A stretch of DNA of 64,000 bases, from assembly GCA_963796275.1 (NCBI GenBank), contig CAWCKY010000001.1, positions 672,001 to 736,000 on the forward strand, read 5' to 3'. A model generated the notes under the pieces. It was not told the DNA's origin and did not search any database. It saw nothing but the letters and a program-made list of their open reading frames with translations. The position numbers and the translations under genes are program-made. Positions 48,265 through 60,557 of this stretch are shown piece by piece (position 1 is the stretch's first letter; each line of letters opens with the position of its first letter). Source of the DNA: an uncultured Acidobacteriota bacterium (GTDB taxonomy: Bacteria > Acidobacteriota > Blastocatellia > RBC074).

Positions 48265-50589
48265 TTAATTAGGCTGATCGAGGTATGATGGCAAAGTATT
48301 TCGCCATGGATATTCGAGTGATGCTACTGAAGCATCTATCAATCTCTCTCCATCGCATTCGATACTTAATTGATCGCTGCCCACCTCACCGATGATTGAG
48401 CATATTGCGCCATTCTCCGCGGCGATTTCTCTCACTCGAGCAACGTGCTCCGCTTTGGCGCTCAATATGATTCTGGATGGAGATTCTCCGAATAACAATG
48501 CCGCGCGGTCTTTTAAAGCGCCTGATAACTTGCTGTGAGAAGCGTGATCGCTCAGGTCGATTCGGGCACCTATCGGGTTGCGACGATAACTCGAGAAGCA
48601 GCATTCGGCCAGGGCGACCGCCATGCCACCGTCGCTGCAGTCGTGAGCAGAGCAGACCAACCCCTCGCGGATCGCATCCAGACATGTCTTCTGGACAATT
48701 TTTTCAGCCGCAAAATCGAGCCGCGGGACCGCGCCGATTTGTTCACCGGCAAGGATAGATAACAGCTCGGTGGCCCCGATGTCCGCCCGCGTCACACCGA
48801 GCATCATGATCACATCGCCGGCCTCTTTGAACCACTGGGTCGTTGTATGTTTGGCATCCTCGATGACGCCGAGCATGCCGATGACTGGAGTCGGGTAGAT
48901 GCCTCGCCCTTCTGTTTCGTTGTAAAAACTGACATTGCCTCCGGTCACAGGTGTGCCGAGCTCGCGGCAGGCATCGGCAATTCCTTCAATGGTCTCGCTG
49001 AAAGACCACATAATTTCCGGCCGTTCAGGACTGGCGAAGTTCAAACAATTAGTAATGGCCAGCGGGATGGCTCCGCTGCAGACGATGTTGCGGGCCGATT
49101 CGGCCACGGCCAGGCGCGCGCCCTCACGCGGATTGAGCTGGCAGTAACGCCCATTGCCGTCGACTGACATGGCAAGCAAGCGCCGCGTCTCTTTTACTCG
49201 TATCACCGCAGCATCCGAGCCCGGCAGAACGACGGTGTTCGTGCGCACCATATGATCGTACTGGCGATAGACCCATTCTTTCGAAGCCAGGTTCGGCGAT
49301 GTTATCAGCCGGCCGAGGACTTTCGTCATTAGCTGCGGAATGTCGTGGTTAGCGGTCTCCGCTGCGAGCTTCTTCAGTCCGGATTCGATCTTCGGCCCGA
49401 CGTCTTCGGTGTCGATCACGACCGGAGTCTGTGGGCGGTCGTATCGCGGCGCCTCGTCTGTCAGAGCCGAATTCGGGATTTCGGCGACCACCTCGCCTTT
49501 GTGAATCACCCTCAATTTCCGGTCGCCGGTGACGCGGCCGATGATGCAGGCATCGAGGTCCCAGCGCTGGAAAATTTCGAGTACCTGACGCTCGCGGCCG
49601 CGCTCGGCGACGATCAACATCCTCTCCTGCGATTCGGAGAGCATCATCTCATAGGCTGTCATTCCGGCTTCGCGTTGCGGTACCAATTCGAGATTGATCT
49701 CAATGCCTGTGCCCGCGCGTGCTCCCATCTCACAGGAAGAAGATGTCAGGCCCGCCGCGCCCATATCCTGAATGCCGACGATTGCGCCTGCGCGCATGGA
49801 CTCGAGACAGGCTTCGAGCAGTAACTTCTCGGCGAAGGGATCGCCGACCTGCACGGTCGGCCGTTTCTCCATCGCCGCCTCGTCGAATTCCGCTGAAGCC
49901 ATCGTCGCGCCGTGAATCCCGTCGCGTCCGGTCTTCGCCCCGACATAGATCACCGAATTGCCGATGCCTTCCGCTTTGCCATAAAAGATCTGTTCGCGCC
50001 GCACAAGCCCGAGCGCGAATGCGTTGACGAGCGGATTGAGCGAATAACGATCATCGAAATAGACTTCTCCGCCGATGGTCGGGACGCCGAAGGCATTGCC
50101 GTAATCGCCGAGCCCCTTCACCACGCCGGCCATGATCCGTCGGTTGCGCGCGATGGTGCGGCCGGATTCCCCATCTGTACTCGCTTTGTCGTGGATTGGA
50201 CCGAAGCGCAGGCTGTTCATTGATGCCACGGGACGTGCGCCCATTGTAAAAATATCGCGCAATATTCCCCCGACCCCTGTCGCGGCCCCCTGATAAGGTT
50301 CGATGAACGACGGATGATTGTGCGATTCGATCTTGAATGCGACACACCAACCGTCGCCTATGTCGACGATTCCCGCGTTCTCGCCAGGACCCTGTACGAG
50401 AAACGGACCATCGACCGGCAGGCGTTTCAAGTGAATCTTGGAGGACTTGTATGAACAATGCTCCGACCACATCACCGAGAAGATGCCGAGTTCTGTAAAC
50501 GATGGTTCGCGACCGAGAAGCTGCCTGATGCGCTCATATTCGGCGTCCGTGAGATTATGCTGCTCGAGAAGTTCCGGCGTGATTTTCAT
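48265..50589 (-). CDS. purL: Phosphoribosylformylglycinamidine synthase subunit PurL
   Basis: [59 protein letters not shown]. Confidence 0.97.
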   Translation of the reverse strand: MKITPELLEQHNLTDAEYERIRQLLGREPSFTELGIFSVMWSEHCSYKSSKIHLKRLPVDGPFLVQGPGENAGIVDIGDGWCVAFKIESHNHPSFIEPYQGAATGVGGILRDIFTMGARPVASMNSLRFGPIHDKASTDGESGRTIARNRRIMAGVVKGLGDYGNAFGVPTIGGEVYFDDRYSLNPLVNAFALGLVRREQIFYGKAEGIGNSVIYVGAKTGRDGIHGATMASAEFDEAAMEKRPTVQVGDPFAEKLLLEACLESMRAGAIVGIQDMGAAGLTSSSCEMGARAGTGIEINLELVPQREAGMTAYEMMLSESQERMLIVAERGRERQVLEIFQRWDLDACIIGRVTGDRKLRVIHKGEVVAEIPNSALTDEAPRYDRPQTPVVIDTEDVGPKIESGLKKLAAETANHDIPQLMTKVLGRLITSPNLASKEWVYRQYDHMVRTNTVVLPGSDAAVIRVKETRRLLAMSVDGNGRYCQLNPREGARLAVAESARNIVCSGAIPLAITNCLNFASPERPEIMWSFSETIEGIADACRELGTPVTGGNVSFYNETEGRGIYPTPVIGMLGVIEDAKHTTTQWFKEAGDVIMMLGVTRADIGATELLSILAGEQIGAVPRLDFAAEKIVQKTCLDAIREGLVCSAHDCSDGGMAVALAECCFSSYRRNPIGARIDLSDHASHSKLSGALKDRAALLFGESPSRIILSAKAEHVARVREIAAENGAICSIIGEVGSDQLSIECDGERLIDASVASLEYPWRNTLPSYLDQPN

Positions 50590-50722
50590 GATTTCAGATA
50601 TGGAAGAGACAATGGGCATCGTGGCACGGGGAAGATTTGGTTCCATTTTCGGCGATCGGTTCGTTGGTCATCGATCTCCACGTCTGATTTTCATCCAACG
50701 TCCAACCGCCCCGTTTCTCTTC

Positions 50723-51433
50723 TCAGGCCCGCAATTTGATTATTTCGCGTAATGAGTCAGCCATAGAAAGGAGGATCATGCGACCATCGATACTGCCCAG
50801 AAGACTCTCGGAGGCTCGCTCCGGATGCGGCATCAACCCGAGCACATTGCGATCGCGGTTGCAGATGCCCGCGATGTTATTGAACGAGCCGTTCGGATTG
50901 GACTCCTCCGAAACGCTACCGTTGGCATCGCAATAGCGAAAGATGACGCAACCTTCTCCTTCCAGTTCGTCCAGTGTTCTTTGATCGCAGAAATAGTTTC
51001 CTTCGCCGTGCGCGATCGGAGCGCTGATCACTTGCCCTGCCGAACAGGCAGAGGTGAAGGGCGTGTCCGTGCTCTCTACCCGGATATTGACGTGGTCGCA
51101 GATGAATTTGAGGTCGCGATTGCGCAGGAGCGCCCCGGGCAGAAGTCCCGCTTCGCACAGGATCTGAAAGCCGTTGCAGACGCCGAGCACGAGCCCACCA
51201 GCCTTTGCGAATTCGACGACTGACTTCATGACAGGAGAGAAACGCGCGATCGCGCCGGTGCGCAGATAATCGCCGTAAGAGAAGCCGCCGGGCAGGATAA
51301 TCGCGTCGAATCGATCGATCTCTTCTTCCTTATGCCAGATGAAATCGACAGGCTGCCCGATGACCTTGCTGATCACGTGATAAGTGTCGTGATCGCAATT
51401 CGAGCCGGGGAAAACGACTACGCCGAATTTCAT
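50723..51433 (-). CDS. purQ: Phosphoribosylformylglycinamidine synthase subunit PurQ
   Basis: [37 protein letters not shown]. Confidence 0.97.
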   Translation of the reverse strand: MKFGVVVFPGSNCDHDTYHVISKVIGQPVDFIWHKEEEIDRFDAIILPGGFSYGDYLRTGAIARFSPVMKSVVEFAKAGGLVLGVCNGFQILCEAGLLPGALLRNRDLKFICDHVNIRVESTDTPFTSACSAGQVISAPIAHGEGNYFCDQRTLDELEGEGCVIFRYCDANGSVSEESNPNGSFNNIAGICNRDRNVLGLMPHPERASESLLGSIDGRMILLSMADSLREIIKLRA

Positions 51434-51699
51434 TTCGCTTGTCCTTTTGGCTTTAAGGTGAGAACTAATATGTATATTTACTACATCATTTGCCGAATGT
51501 CTAGGCTGTCCGACCGGCGGAATTGGGCATTCACTATTTGATTTATTGAAGAGCCTCTATTACAGTTGCTCATCATCGTCAGTTTCTTCTTCCCTCCGTG
51601 AGCATAGCTCGACGATTTAACAATTACCCCCAGAGGGTGCTGAGGAAACGAGGAAGTATCGTCCCCGATAAACCGGGGCACTGCATTTGCTGGTATCCC

Positions 51700-52365
51700 G
51701 TGGTCTATTCGGAATTCAAAATAAGTAAGAAAGAGTTAGATTTTTTGCGAAGTCGCTGGGAAGCGCTTTTCTGCGGATACGATGCCGATAAGAGAGATGT
51801 CGAGGAACTCTACCTTCAACTCGTACGGTTATATTCGGCCGATGGCCGTGCTTATCACAACCTGAGCCATATCGGATCGCTCCTGCAGCTGAGCGATACT
51901 TTTCGCGATCGAATCCAGAATTACCATGCCTTCAGCTTCGCCATCTGGTTTCACGATGCCATTTACGACACCAGAAACAGGGATAATGAAGAACTCAGCG
52001 CGAAATTTGCCGTCAAGAGTATCGGCCGGTTCAAAGTGCCTGTCGATACGCTGGTGCTGATTTGTGAGATGATCCTGGCGACCAGAGAACATCTGAACGT
52101 TGGTGGTTCCGAAGATATCAACCTATTTCTCGATCTTGACTTATCAATCTTGGGAAGCACTGAACAGATCTACCAATGTTATGCGCGGGCAATCAGAGAA
52201 GAATACGAGTGGGCGCCGGCATTTCTTTACAGGGAGGGAAGGAAAAAAGTGCTCGTCAGTTTTCTAGACAGAGAGTCGATATTCTTCAACAGCGAGATGG
52301 TGAAAATGTTTGAGGAGCAGGCGAGAAGAAATATCGGACGCGAGATAGAATCTCTATCGAATTGA
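51700..52365 (+). CDS. Predicted metal-dependent HD-superfamily phosphohydrolase
   Basis: YHNLSHI, AIWFHDAIY, NEELSA, DLDLSILG, IREEY, ARRNI; start uncertain (GTG 51700 or upstream). Confidence 0.8.
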   Translation: MVYSEFKISKKELDFLRSRWEALFCGYDADKRDVEELYLQLVRLYSADGRAYHNLSHIGSLLQLSDTFRDRIQNYHAFSFAIWFHDAIYDTRNRDNEELSAKFAVKSIGRFKVPVDTLVLICEMILATREHLNVGGSEDINLFLDLDLSILGSTEQIYQCYARAIREEYEWAPAFLYREGRKKVLVSFLDRESIFFNSEMVKMFEEQARRNIGREIESLSN

Positions 52366-52366
52366 T

Positions 52367-52891
52367 ATGTTTTGCCGCAAGTGTGGATATGAACTGAGAC
52401 CCGAATCGCGCTTCTGCAGACGTTGCGGCGTGCCGATCATGAACCGGCCTACGGAAGGCGAGCTCAACCCTCGCCGAACCGTTAACTTACCGCGAGATGA
52501 AAATCCAGTTCCTAACAGTAGCGGCTTTCGTTCTCAGGAACAGAGCGAGCGCTCGACAATTCCCCCGCTCAGGACCCCACCGCCGCCCGACCCGCCCGTC
52601 TATCGTGATAGCAAAAAATCGGAATCAGATATTTCCTGGATGAGTGCGCGGGTTCAGCGAGACCTGCCACCGCTCCCCAAGCCTTCGCGCGCCAAAACAG
52701 TAATCAGGAATCAGCTCGCCACCTCGCCTATCAGCATGCCGATGCGCCGGGAGCCGGAAGCCAAACCGTTTTTCACACAGGCATTGACTGCCGATAAAAA
52801 CCCTCAGCATCGAAGGCTGGTTGCGGTCGTGCCTCTGCTTCTTCTGGCTGTCATATTATTGTTTATCTTCGCCTATTTCGCGGGACGTTGA
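52367..52891 (+). CDS. Zinc-ribbon protein with Pro-rich linker and C-terminal membrane anchor
   Basis: MFCRKCG..FCRRCG; terminal hydrophobic helix. Confidence 0.75.
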   Translation: MFCRKCGYELRPESRFCRRCGVPIMNRPTEGELNPRRTVNLPRDENPVPNSSGFRSQEQSERSTIPPLRTPPPPDPPVYRDSKKSESDISWMSARVQRDLPPLPKPSRAKTVIRNQLATSPISMPMRREPEAKPFFTQALTADKNPQHRRLVAVVPLLLLAVILLFIFAYFAGR

Positions 52892-52923
52892 GATGGGATC
52901 TATTTTTCCGAAGAGGTCAAACT

Positions 52924-53850
52924 TTGAGAATCATTCCGCTTGGCACGAGCTCCGGCAAGCCCACACTTAATCGCAACGTTAGTGCGACGGCGGTAGTGGG
53001 CGAAGGCGAATGGTGGTTATTCGATTGCGGAGAAGGGACACAAACGCAGATCGCCCGTGCCGGGATATCTCCTCACAAGCTCGCCGGTATCTTCATCACA
53101 CATCTGCACGGAGATCATTTCAACGGGTTGCCCGGACTGCTCTCGACCATGGCGCTCGATCAGCGGAAGCACAAATTGACGCTCATCGGACCGCCCGGCA
53201 TCCGCGAATACCTTGATTTGCTCAGCCGTTTGAGGATTCTCTTCGCCAACTATCCGCTCAGTGTGCGCGAATTCGGCGCGGAATATTTCGCCGCCAGGCC
53301 GATGGAACTGGTGTACGAATCGGCGAGATATACCGTGGTCACACGACCGCTCGATCATCGCATCTTCGCCCTCGGTTACCGCGTTGAGGAGAAAATGAGG
53401 CCGGGGAGATTCGATCTTGAGAAGGCTCGCGAGCTGGGAATCCCGGTCGGCCCCCTCTACGGACAACTGCAATCTGGGAGGGAGATCACCCTCGCGGACG
53501 GGCGCGTGATCCATCCATCCCAGGTTGTTGGACCGCCGCGCCGGGGTAAATCTGTCAGCTATTGTCTTGACACCCGCCCCTGCGAGAACGCCGTTACGCT
53601 GGCGCGCGATGTCGACTGGCTGATCTATGAAGCCACTTATACACAGGAATTCATCGAAGAGGCGCGCCAGTATGGTCATTCGACTGCGGCTCAGGCTGCG
53701 TCGATCGCTCGGGAGGCCAGAGCCCGCCAACTCCTGATCACACATTTCAGCTCGCGCTATCCTGACCCGCGGCCGTTGCTCGAGGAAGCGCGCAATATCT
53801 TTCCCGCCACCACGATGGCGGATGATTTGATGGAGATTGAAATCGAATGA
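52924..53850 (+). CDS. rnz: Ribonuclease Z
   Basis: PLGTSSG, FDCGEGTQ, THLHGDH, exosite GIPVGP, DTRP, EATY, GHST, THFSSRY; TTG start inferred. Confidence 0.95.
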   Translation: MRIIPLGTSSGKPTLNRNVSATAVVGEGEWWLFDCGEGTQTQIARAGISPHKLAGIFITHLHGDHFNGLPGLLSTMALDQRKHKLTLIGPPGIREYLDLLSRLRILFANYPLSVREFGAEYFAARPMELVYESARYTVVTRPLDHRIFALGYRVEEKMRPGRFDLEKARELGIPVGPLYGQLQSGREITLADGRVIHPSQVVGPPRRGKSVSYCLDTRPCENAVTLARDVDWLIYEATYTQEFIEEARQYGHSTAAQAASIAREARARQLLITHFSSRYPDPRPLLEEARNIFPATTMADDLMEIEIE

Positions 53851-54066
53851 GAGCGATCTGCACCTGGAGCATCTCTTATAGCGATAGCACTAGCCAGTGC
53901 CACAGGTATGATTTGGTAGTCATGAATTTAAATCCGTGGGCCATTTAGCAATTCGACAATCGGCGTACTCAGCTGTAGTAGCGGTTGAAAGATCAGATCA
54001 GAGAAGCACCATTAGAAACTTGATCGACGCGACGCCCGAGGTGCTGCCGCCTGCGATTTTACGCCA

Positions 54067-55530
54067 TCAATTTCTTCTCTTCCTCGTGCTCGTTCCTCCG
54101 AAAATCGAGCCCAGAACTCCACGCACAATCTGACGGCCGAGGGAGCTGCCGATAGACCGCGCCGCACTGGTTGCAAGCGATCCGAGGATGTCGGTCGCCT
54201 CCCTGGCGACTGGCGAAGCTTTCTCAGCATGGCCTTGCGATTCAACCGCAGCTCGATCCCGCCGCTCCTTCAACATTTCATAAGCCGACTCACGGTCGAC
54301 CGCGGCTTCATAATGCCCAGCCAGGATCGATGATTGAATCGCCTGCCGGCGTTCATGCGGCGAGATTGGGCCGAGCTGGCTGTGCGGAGGAGCGATCAAT
54401 GCGCGGCGCACCACATCCGGCGCGCCTTTCTCATCGAGTAGCGAAACGAGCGCCTCGCCCACGGCTAGCTCCGTGATCGCGGCTTCTACGTCCAGGTCGG
54501 GATTCTGCCGGAATGTCGTGGCGGCTGCCCTGACGGCTTTCTGGTCGCGCGGGGTATAAGCGCGCAGGGCGTGTTGCACGCGATTGCCCAATTGTCCGAG
54601 AACATTGTCTGGAATGTCGAGCGGGCTCTGAGTGACGAAATAGACGCCGACTCCCTTCGAACGAATCAAGCGCACTACCTGTTCGATCTTATCCGACAGT
54701 GCGCGCGGCATATCTTCGAAAAGCAAATGCGCCTCATCGAAGAAAAAGACGATTTTCGGCAGCTCCGGATCGCCGATTTCGGGAAGCTCTTCGAAGAGTT
54801 CCGCGAGCAGCCAGAGCAGGAAAGTCGCGTAGAGGTTGGGCAACTGCATGAGCTTGTCTGCCGCAAAAATACTGATCATCCCGCGGCCGTCCCGATCCGT
54901 TTGCATGAGGTCGCCGATGTCGAGCGCCGGTTCGCCGAATAGTTTATCGCCCCCCTGCCCCTCGAGTTCTAGGAGACGGCGTTGAATAGAGCCGATGCTT
55001 GCGGCGGAGACGTTGCCATACTCCGTCTTCAGAGATCGGGCATTCTCGCCGATGTATTGAAGCATCGCTCGCAGGTCTTTCAGGTCGAGCAGAAGCAGTC
55101 CTTTGTCATCCGCGACTTTGAAGGTCAGGGACAGCACGCCGCTCTGAGTATCATTGAGATCGAGCACCCGGCTCAGAAGCAAAGGGCCCATCTCCGATAT
55201 CGTCGATCGCAGCGGGTGGCCAGCTTCGCCAAAGACGTCCCAGAAGAGAACCGGGTAAGAGGTATACGCGAAGCCGGGAAGGCCCAATTGGCGCGCCCGC
55301 TCGGCGATCTTCGGTTCATTGCCGCCAGGCTGGCAGATGCCGGCCAGATCGCCTTTCACGTCAGACATAAAGACGGACGTCCCGATCTCGCTGAACCCTT
55401 CCGCGAGGACGCGTAGCGTGACCGATTTTCCCGTGCCCGTTGCGCCGGCGATCAATCCGTGACGATTCGACATCTTGGGCAAAAGATAGATCCCTTCCCG
55501 GTCTTTCGCGATCAGAATAGGTTCAGGCAT
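54067..55530 (-). CDS. HerA-like ATPase DUF853 (YjgR family)
   Basis: NRHGLIAGATGTGKS, DVKGDL, SEMGPLLL, FFFDEAHLLF, RSKGVG, RVQHALRA. Confidence 0.92.
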   Translation of the reverse strand: MPEPILIAKDREGIYLLPKMSNRHGLIAGATGTGKSVTLRVLAEGFSEIGTSVFMSDVKGDLAGICQPGGNEPKIAERARQLGLPGFAYTSYPVLFWDVFGEAGHPLRSTISEMGPLLLSRVLDLNDTQSGVLSLTFKVADDKGLLLLDLKDLRAMLQYIGENARSLKTEYGNVSAASIGSIQRRLLELEGQGGDKLFGEPALDIGDLMQTDRDGRGMISIFAADKLMQLPNLYATFLLWLLAELFEELPEIGDPELPKIVFFFDEAHLLFEDMPRALSDKIEQVVRLIRSKGVGVYFVTQSPLDIPDNVLGQLGNRVQHALRAYTPRDQKAVRAAATTFRQNPDLDVEAAITELAVGEALVSLLDEKGAPDVVRRALIAPPHSQLGPISPHERRQAIQSSILAGHYEAAVDRESAYEMLKERRDRAAVESQGHAEKASPVAREATDILGSLATSAARSIGSSLGRQIVRGVLGSIFGGTSTRKRRN

Positions 55531-55633
55531 GAACAAATCCCTGTGCTGAATGGGAGACAAAAAGGGCTAATATCAAAAAGAACAAAAAACGACTTTTCTC
55601 CTCTCTCGTTTTATTTGCCTTTTGTTTTCAAGC

Positions 55634-57235
55634 TCAAATTGTTTCCTGATACTCCCCAAAAACAGTGCGCATACGGTCGGCGATCTCGCCCAGCGTCGCG
55701 TAAGCCTCGACGGCCGCGATTATACGAGGCATCAGATTTTCGCCGGACCTCGCTGCCCGCTCGACGTCGGCGAGAGCGGCTTCTGCCGTGACAGCATCGC
55801 GTTCAGCGCGGACCTTGCGCAGGCGCTCGACTTGTTTTTGCTCGAATTCGGGATCGATCTTCAAAATTGCGATGGTCGAATCTTCGTCGATCTCAAATCT
55901 ATTGACGCCGACGACGATCTCCTCTTGCATCTCAACGGACTTTTGATACTCATAGGCGGCTCGCTCGATTTCGCGTTGCACGAAGCCTGCCTCGATCGCC
56001 GATAACATCCCGCCCAGCTCATCGATTTTTTCCATGTACTGCGCAGCGCGGCGCTCGATCTCGTCGGTTAAATATTCAACCAGATATGATCCGGCGAGCG
56101 GATCGACCGATTCCACCACGCCGGATTCGTATGCGATTACCTGCTGCGTCCTGAGAGCGATCCGCGCGGCATCCTCTGTCGGAAGGCTCAATGCCTCATC
56201 CATGGCATTCGTATGGAGCGATTGCGTGCCGCCCAGAACCGCCGCGAGCGCCTGGATCGTCGTCCTGATGACATTGACTTCCGGCTGTTGCGCGGTGAGG
56301 GTCGATCCGGCAGTCTGCGTGTGAAAGCGAAGCATCATTGAGCGCGGGTCTTTCGCTCCGAAGCGATCGCGCATATTCCTCGCCCACAGCCGGCGCGCAG
56401 CGCGGTATTTCGCCACCTCCTCTAGGAAATTGTTATGCGCATTGAAAAAGAAGGCCAACCGTGGCGCGAATACGTCGACATTCAACCCCGCATCGATCGC
56501 CGCCTGTACATATGTGATCCCATCGGCCAGGGTGAATGCGACCTCCTGCGCAGCGGTAGACCCGGCTTCGCGGATGTGATACCCCGAGATCGATATGGTG
56601 TTCCAATTGGGAACCTCTTTCGCGCAATAAGAAAAGATGTCAGTGATTATCCGCAGCGAGGCTTGCGGCGGATAAATATATGTGCCGCGCGCGATGTACT
56701 CTTTCAGGATGTCGTTCTGTATGGTTCCGTTGAGCCTCTCGGGCGAGACGCCCTGTCTTTTCCCTACCGCGATGTAGAGCGCGAGCAGGATTGAGGCCGT
56801 GGCGTTGATCGTCATCGATGTCGAGACGCGATCAAGCGGGATGCCTTCGAAGAGCGTCTCCATGTCGGCGAGCGAATCTATCGGCACACCGACGCGGCCC
56901 ACCTCTCCTTGCGCCAGCGGATGATCGCTGTCGTAACCGATCTGCGTCGGCAGATCGAAGGCCACCGACAGACCGGTCGTCCCCTGCTGGAGCAGATACT
57001 TGTAACGGCGGTTCGATTCTTCGGCGGTGGCGAATCCGGCGTATTGGCGCATCGTCCATAGGCGCGTGCGGTACATCGTCTCATATACGCCGCGCGTGAA
57101 TGGGAATTTGCCCGGATCGCCCAGGTCTAGCTGATAGTCGATTTCGACATCGTCGGGCGTGAGGTGGTTCTTCAGCTCGATCTCCGATGAGGTGGCGAAG
57201 CGCGGTCTCCGTTCATTAGTTTTTGTTTTCGGCAT
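55634..57235 (-). CDS. Methylmalonyl-CoA mutase, N-terminal (substrate-binding) subunit
   Basis: [48 protein letters not shown]; no B12-binding domain. Confidence 0.92.
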   Translation of the reverse strand: MPKTKTNERRPRFATSSEIELKNHLTPDDVEIDYQLDLGDPGKFPFTRGVYETMYRTRLWTMRQYAGFATAEESNRRYKYLLQQGTTGLSVAFDLPTQIGYDSDHPLAQGEVGRVGVPIDSLADMETLFEGIPLDRVSTSMTINATASILLALYIAVGKRQGVSPERLNGTIQNDILKEYIARGTYIYPPQASLRIITDIFSYCAKEVPNWNTISISGYHIREAGSTAAQEVAFTLADGITYVQAAIDAGLNVDVFAPRLAFFFNAHNNFLEEVAKYRAARRLWARNMRDRFGAKDPRSMMLRFHTQTAGSTLTAQQPEVNVIRTTIQALAAVLGGTQSLHTNAMDEALSLPTEDAARIALRTQQVIAYESGVVESVDPLAGSYLVEYLTDEIERRAAQYMEKIDELGGMLSAIEAGFVQREIERAAYEYQKSVEMQEEIVVGVNRFEIDEDSTIAILKIDPEFEQKQVERLRKVRAERDAVTAEAALADVERAARSGENLMPRIIAAVEAYATLGEIADRMRTVFGEYQETI

Positions 57236-57248
57236 ATGCAAGAAATCC

Positions 57249-57337
57249 GCCACAAAAACAACAAAAATTATAAAACACACAAAAATACAGGGGATTTCTA
57301 CTTTCTCGTTTTTTTTCCCATTGCGTTTTTTTGTGGC
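57249..57337. repeat. Low-complexity inverted repeat in divergent intergenic region
   Basis: GCCACAAAAA / TTTTTGTGGC ends with A-rich and T-rich arms. Confidence 0.65.
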
Positions 57338-57420
57338 AAATCACTCCTCTATAATGATGGCAGAAATTCTATCACGCAAAGCATCCGGAGCAGTACTACG
57401 GGTCGATAAGGAGAATAAAA

Positions 57421-59289
57421 ATGACTATCAACGCTTTTCCTATTCTCGTTGGCGTGCTCTGTATCTATGCCATCGCCTACCGTTACTACAGCGCATTCAT
57501 CGCAGCTAAAGTTCTCGCACTTGACGATACGCGCGTGACGCCTGCGCACGAACACTATGACGGGCAGAACTACACGCCTACGAACAAGTATGTTTTGTGG
57601 GGCCATCACTTCGCGGCGATCAGCGGACCTGGGCCACTTATCGGGCCTGTCTTAGCCGCGCAGTTCGGTTATCTTCCCGGCCTTATCTGGCTCGTCATCG
57701 GCGTGGTGATCGGAGGAGCCGTTCACGATTTCGTCGTCCTCGTGGCATCGATGCGCCGCGGCGGCAAATCGCTTGCGGAGCTAGCCCGGCGCGAAATCGA
57801 TACAGTCACCGGTGTCGTGGCCACCATGGCGATCTTATTGATTTTGATCGTGGCGCTCGCCGGTCTCGGACTGGCCGTCGTCAGCGCGCTCGCCGAGAGT
57901 CCCTGGGGGGTGTTCACCATCGCGATGACGATTCCCATCGCATTTTTTATGGGATTGTACATTTACCGCTGGCGGGGCGGATCGCATCGGGCGATCACTC
58001 AAGGAACAGTAGTCGGCGTCATTCTACTGATCCTCGCCGTGGTCTTCGGAAAAGTCGTTCAGGATTCCTCCTGGGCCGATTACTTCAGGTTCGGACCGCT
58101 CGGGATAACTATTTCGATAGCGATTTACGGTTTCGTAGCTTCGGTGCTTCCCGTCTGGCTGTTGCTCTGCCCGCGCGATTATCTCAGTTCGTATATGAAG
58201 ATCGGCTCGATAGGGTTTCTCGCGCTCGGAATCATGATCGTGATGCCGACCTTCAAAATGCCCGCGGTCACGCCTTTCGTCGATGGCGGCGGTCCGATCA
58301 TTCCCGGCAAGGTATTCCCATTCGTATTTATCACGATCGCATGCGGCGCGATCTCGGGCTTTCACGCTCTGGTCAGCTCAGGCACGACGCCCAAGATGAT
58401 CGATAAAGAGACGCACGCGCGGCCGATCGGATACGGAGCGATGTTGTGCGAATCAATAGTAGGCGTGATGGCTTTGATCGCGGCCGCCTCAATGTTCCCG
58501 CACGACTATTTCCAGATCAACATCCCGGTCGAAAAGTTCGCCCAGGTCGACGGCATGTTGCGTTCGATGGGATTTTCCGAATCGAACCTGGCGGCGTTGA
58601 CGCAGGCCGTCGGCGAAGAACGGCTGGCCGGACGGACGGGCGGCGCGGTGAGCCTGGCCGTCGGAATGGCGCAAATCTTTTCGGCCATTCCCGGAATGTC
58701 AGGTCTCATGAGTTACTGGTATCACTTCGCGATAATGTTCGAAGCGCTCTTCATCCTGACCACCGTGGACACGGGGACGCGCGTCGCGCGCTTCATGATG
58801 CAGGAGACGCTGGGGGCATTCTACAAACCGTTCGCGAAAACAGACTGGTTGCCGGGAGCAATTATCGCCAGTCTCATTTCGGTCTTAGCCTGGACCTATC
58901 TGATCTGGCAGGGCACCATCTCGACGATCTGGCCGCTGTTCGGAATGGCCAATCAAATGCTGGCATGCGTGGCTCTTTGCGTGGGCACTACCGTCATCAT
59001 CAATGCGGGCAAGGTGCGTTATGCCTGGACCACGATCATACCTTTGGCATTCGTCAGTGTGATCGAGATGACCGCCGGTTATCAGAATATCGCCGATAAT
59101 TACTGGCCGCTGACCGATAATCCTGCAACCAGCTTCAGAGGATATCTCTACTCGATCATCACGGCATTATTGATGCTCGGCCTGGCGATTGTAATTGTCG
59201 GATCTGTGCGCAAATGGTATCGCGTTGCGATCAAAGGAGATTCGCAAAAGCCGGCGCTACAGGAGCCGGTGGCGGTGGGGCACGATTAA
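57421..59289 (+). CDS. cstA: Carbon starvation protein A (peptide/pyruvate transporter family)
   Basis: [51 protein letters not shown]. Confidence 0.95.
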   Translation: MTINAFPILVGVLCIYAIAYRYYSAFIAAKVLALDDTRVTPAHEHYDGQNYTPTNKYVLWGHHFAAISGPGPLIGPVLAAQFGYLPGLIWLVIGVVIGGAVHDFVVLVASMRRGGKSLAELARREIDTVTGVVATMAILLILIVALAGLGLAVVSALAESPWGVFTIAMTIPIAFFMGLYIYRWRGGSHRAITQGTVVGVILLILAVVFGKVVQDSSWADYFRFGPLGITISIAIYGFVASVLPVWLLLCPRDYLSSYMKIGSIGFLALGIMIVMPTFKMPAVTPFVDGGGPIIPGKVFPFVFITIACGAISGFHALVSSGTTPKMIDKETHARPIGYGAMLCESIVGVMALIAAASMFPHDYFQINIPVEKFAQVDGMLRSMGFSESNLAALTQAVGEERLAGRTGGAVSLAVGMAQIFSAIPGMSGLMSYWYHFAIMFEALFILTTVDTGTRVARFMMQETLGAFYKPFAKTDWLPGAIIASLISVLAWTYLIWQGTISTIWPLFGMANQMLACVALCVGTTVIINAGKVRYAWTTIIPLAFVSVIEMTAGYQNIADNYWPLTDNPATSFRGYLYSIITALLMLGLAIVIVGSVRKWYRVAIKGDSQKPALQEPVAVGHD

Positions 59290-59369
59290 TAGAGAGCGGA
59301 ATTCAGGAGACAGAATACCGATTTGGCATTATTCTGACTTCCGCCCTGATTCACTTATCTAATTTATTT

Positions 59370-60557
59370 ATGTCAAAACGCCTGGCAATCATCGGCGGGG
59401 CTGTCGTCACGCCACAGACAGTAATCGAGAACGGCATCGTTCTTTGTGAAGGCGCGAAGATCGTGTTTGTGGGTCCGGCTGGTGACGCCGCACCTGAACC
59501 CGGTGCGCAGATAGTCGATGCGCGCGGCAAGTCGGTCATGCCGGGTTTTATCGATACGCACTTTCACGGTAGCGGCGGCGATGATGTGATGGCCAACGGT
59601 TCGGAGGGGATCCGACGAATATCAAGAGCGATGCTGAAATACGGCACGACGGGTTATCTGCCATCGACTGTTGCCGCGCGGCACGAAGCATTGCTGCGTT
59701 CGCTGGAGGATACGATCGCGGCGGAAACGAAAGACAAAGATTCACCGGAGACCGCCGAAATACTGGGACTGCACATCGAAGGGCCATATATCAATCCCAA
59801 ATTCAAAGGTGCGCAGCCCGAATGGGGGATTCGAGACCCCGACTTCGACGAGTGCCGCGAGTTACTCGGAATAGCGGGCGGACGAATAAAGATTATGACG
59901 CTCGCTCCTGAATTGCCGGGTGGGCTTGAGTTGATCCGCTTCTTGACGGCGGCAGGAGTGGTGGCATCTGTCGGGCATTCGGATGCCGACTACGAAACTG
60001 CGCTGGCTGCAATCGAGGCGGGCGCGACCCGGGCGACCCATCTTTACAATGCCATGTCGGGCGTGCATCACCGCAAGCCGGGTCTGGCGGCCGCTTGCCT
60101 GAACGAGCCGGGCATCCGCGCGGAGTTGATCTGCGACGGAATCCACGTCGAACCGCGAATGGCGCAACTCGCGTGGAAGGCGAAAGGCCGCGAAGGCATC
60201 TCTCTTATCACTGACGCTACAGCAGCGCAGGGAATAGGCGACGGCGATTATGCGATGGGCGATTTTCAGATCAGGGTCCGCGGTCCGCTCTGCACTCTGA
60301 TGGATGGAGTGACCATAGCGGGGTCGGTATTGACAATGAATATTGCCGCACGCAATGCTATGAAATTCACGGGGATGAATTTGATCGACGCGGCTCACGC
60401 GGCTTCATTGCTGCCCGCCCAGACCTGCGGCGTTGCCGGCCGGAAGGGATCGATTGAGGCGGGGAAAGACGCGGACATTGCGGTTTTGCATCCGGATTTC
60501 TCCGTTTCACACACGATTCGTGCGGGAGTTGTAGCTTATCAAAACGGGCAAAATTGA
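59370..60557 (+). CDS. nagA: N-acetylglucosamine-6-phosphate deacetylase
   Basis: [46 protein letters not shown]. Confidence 0.95.
   Translation: MSKRLAIIGGAVVTPQTVIENGIVLCEGAKIVFVGPAGDAAPEPGAQIVDARGKSVMPGFIDTHFHGSGGDDVMANGSEGIRRISRAMLKYGTTGYLPSTVAARHEALLRSLEDTIAAETKDKDSPETAEILGLHIEGPYINPKFKGAQPEWGIRDPDFDECRELLGIAGGRIKIMTLAPELPGGLELIRFLTAAGVVASVGHSDADYETALAAIEAGATRATHLYNAMSGVHHRKPGLAAACLNEPGIRAELICDGIHVEPRMAQLAWKAKGREGISLITDATAAQGIGDGDYAMGDFQIRVRGPLCTLMDGVTIAGSVLTMNIAARNAMKFTGMNLIDAAHAASLLPAQTCGVAGRKGSIEAGKDADIAVLHPDFSVSHTIRAGVVAYQNGQN

Noticed and set aside
54067-55530. HerA-like ATPase as an anti-phage system
   Set aside because: It is the widespread YjgR/DUF853 type with no adjacent nuclease or sirtuin partner.
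59214-59369. N-terminal extension of nagA given in the ORF track
   Set aside because: Overlaps cstA and a palindrome; NagA-like sequence begins at ATG 59370.
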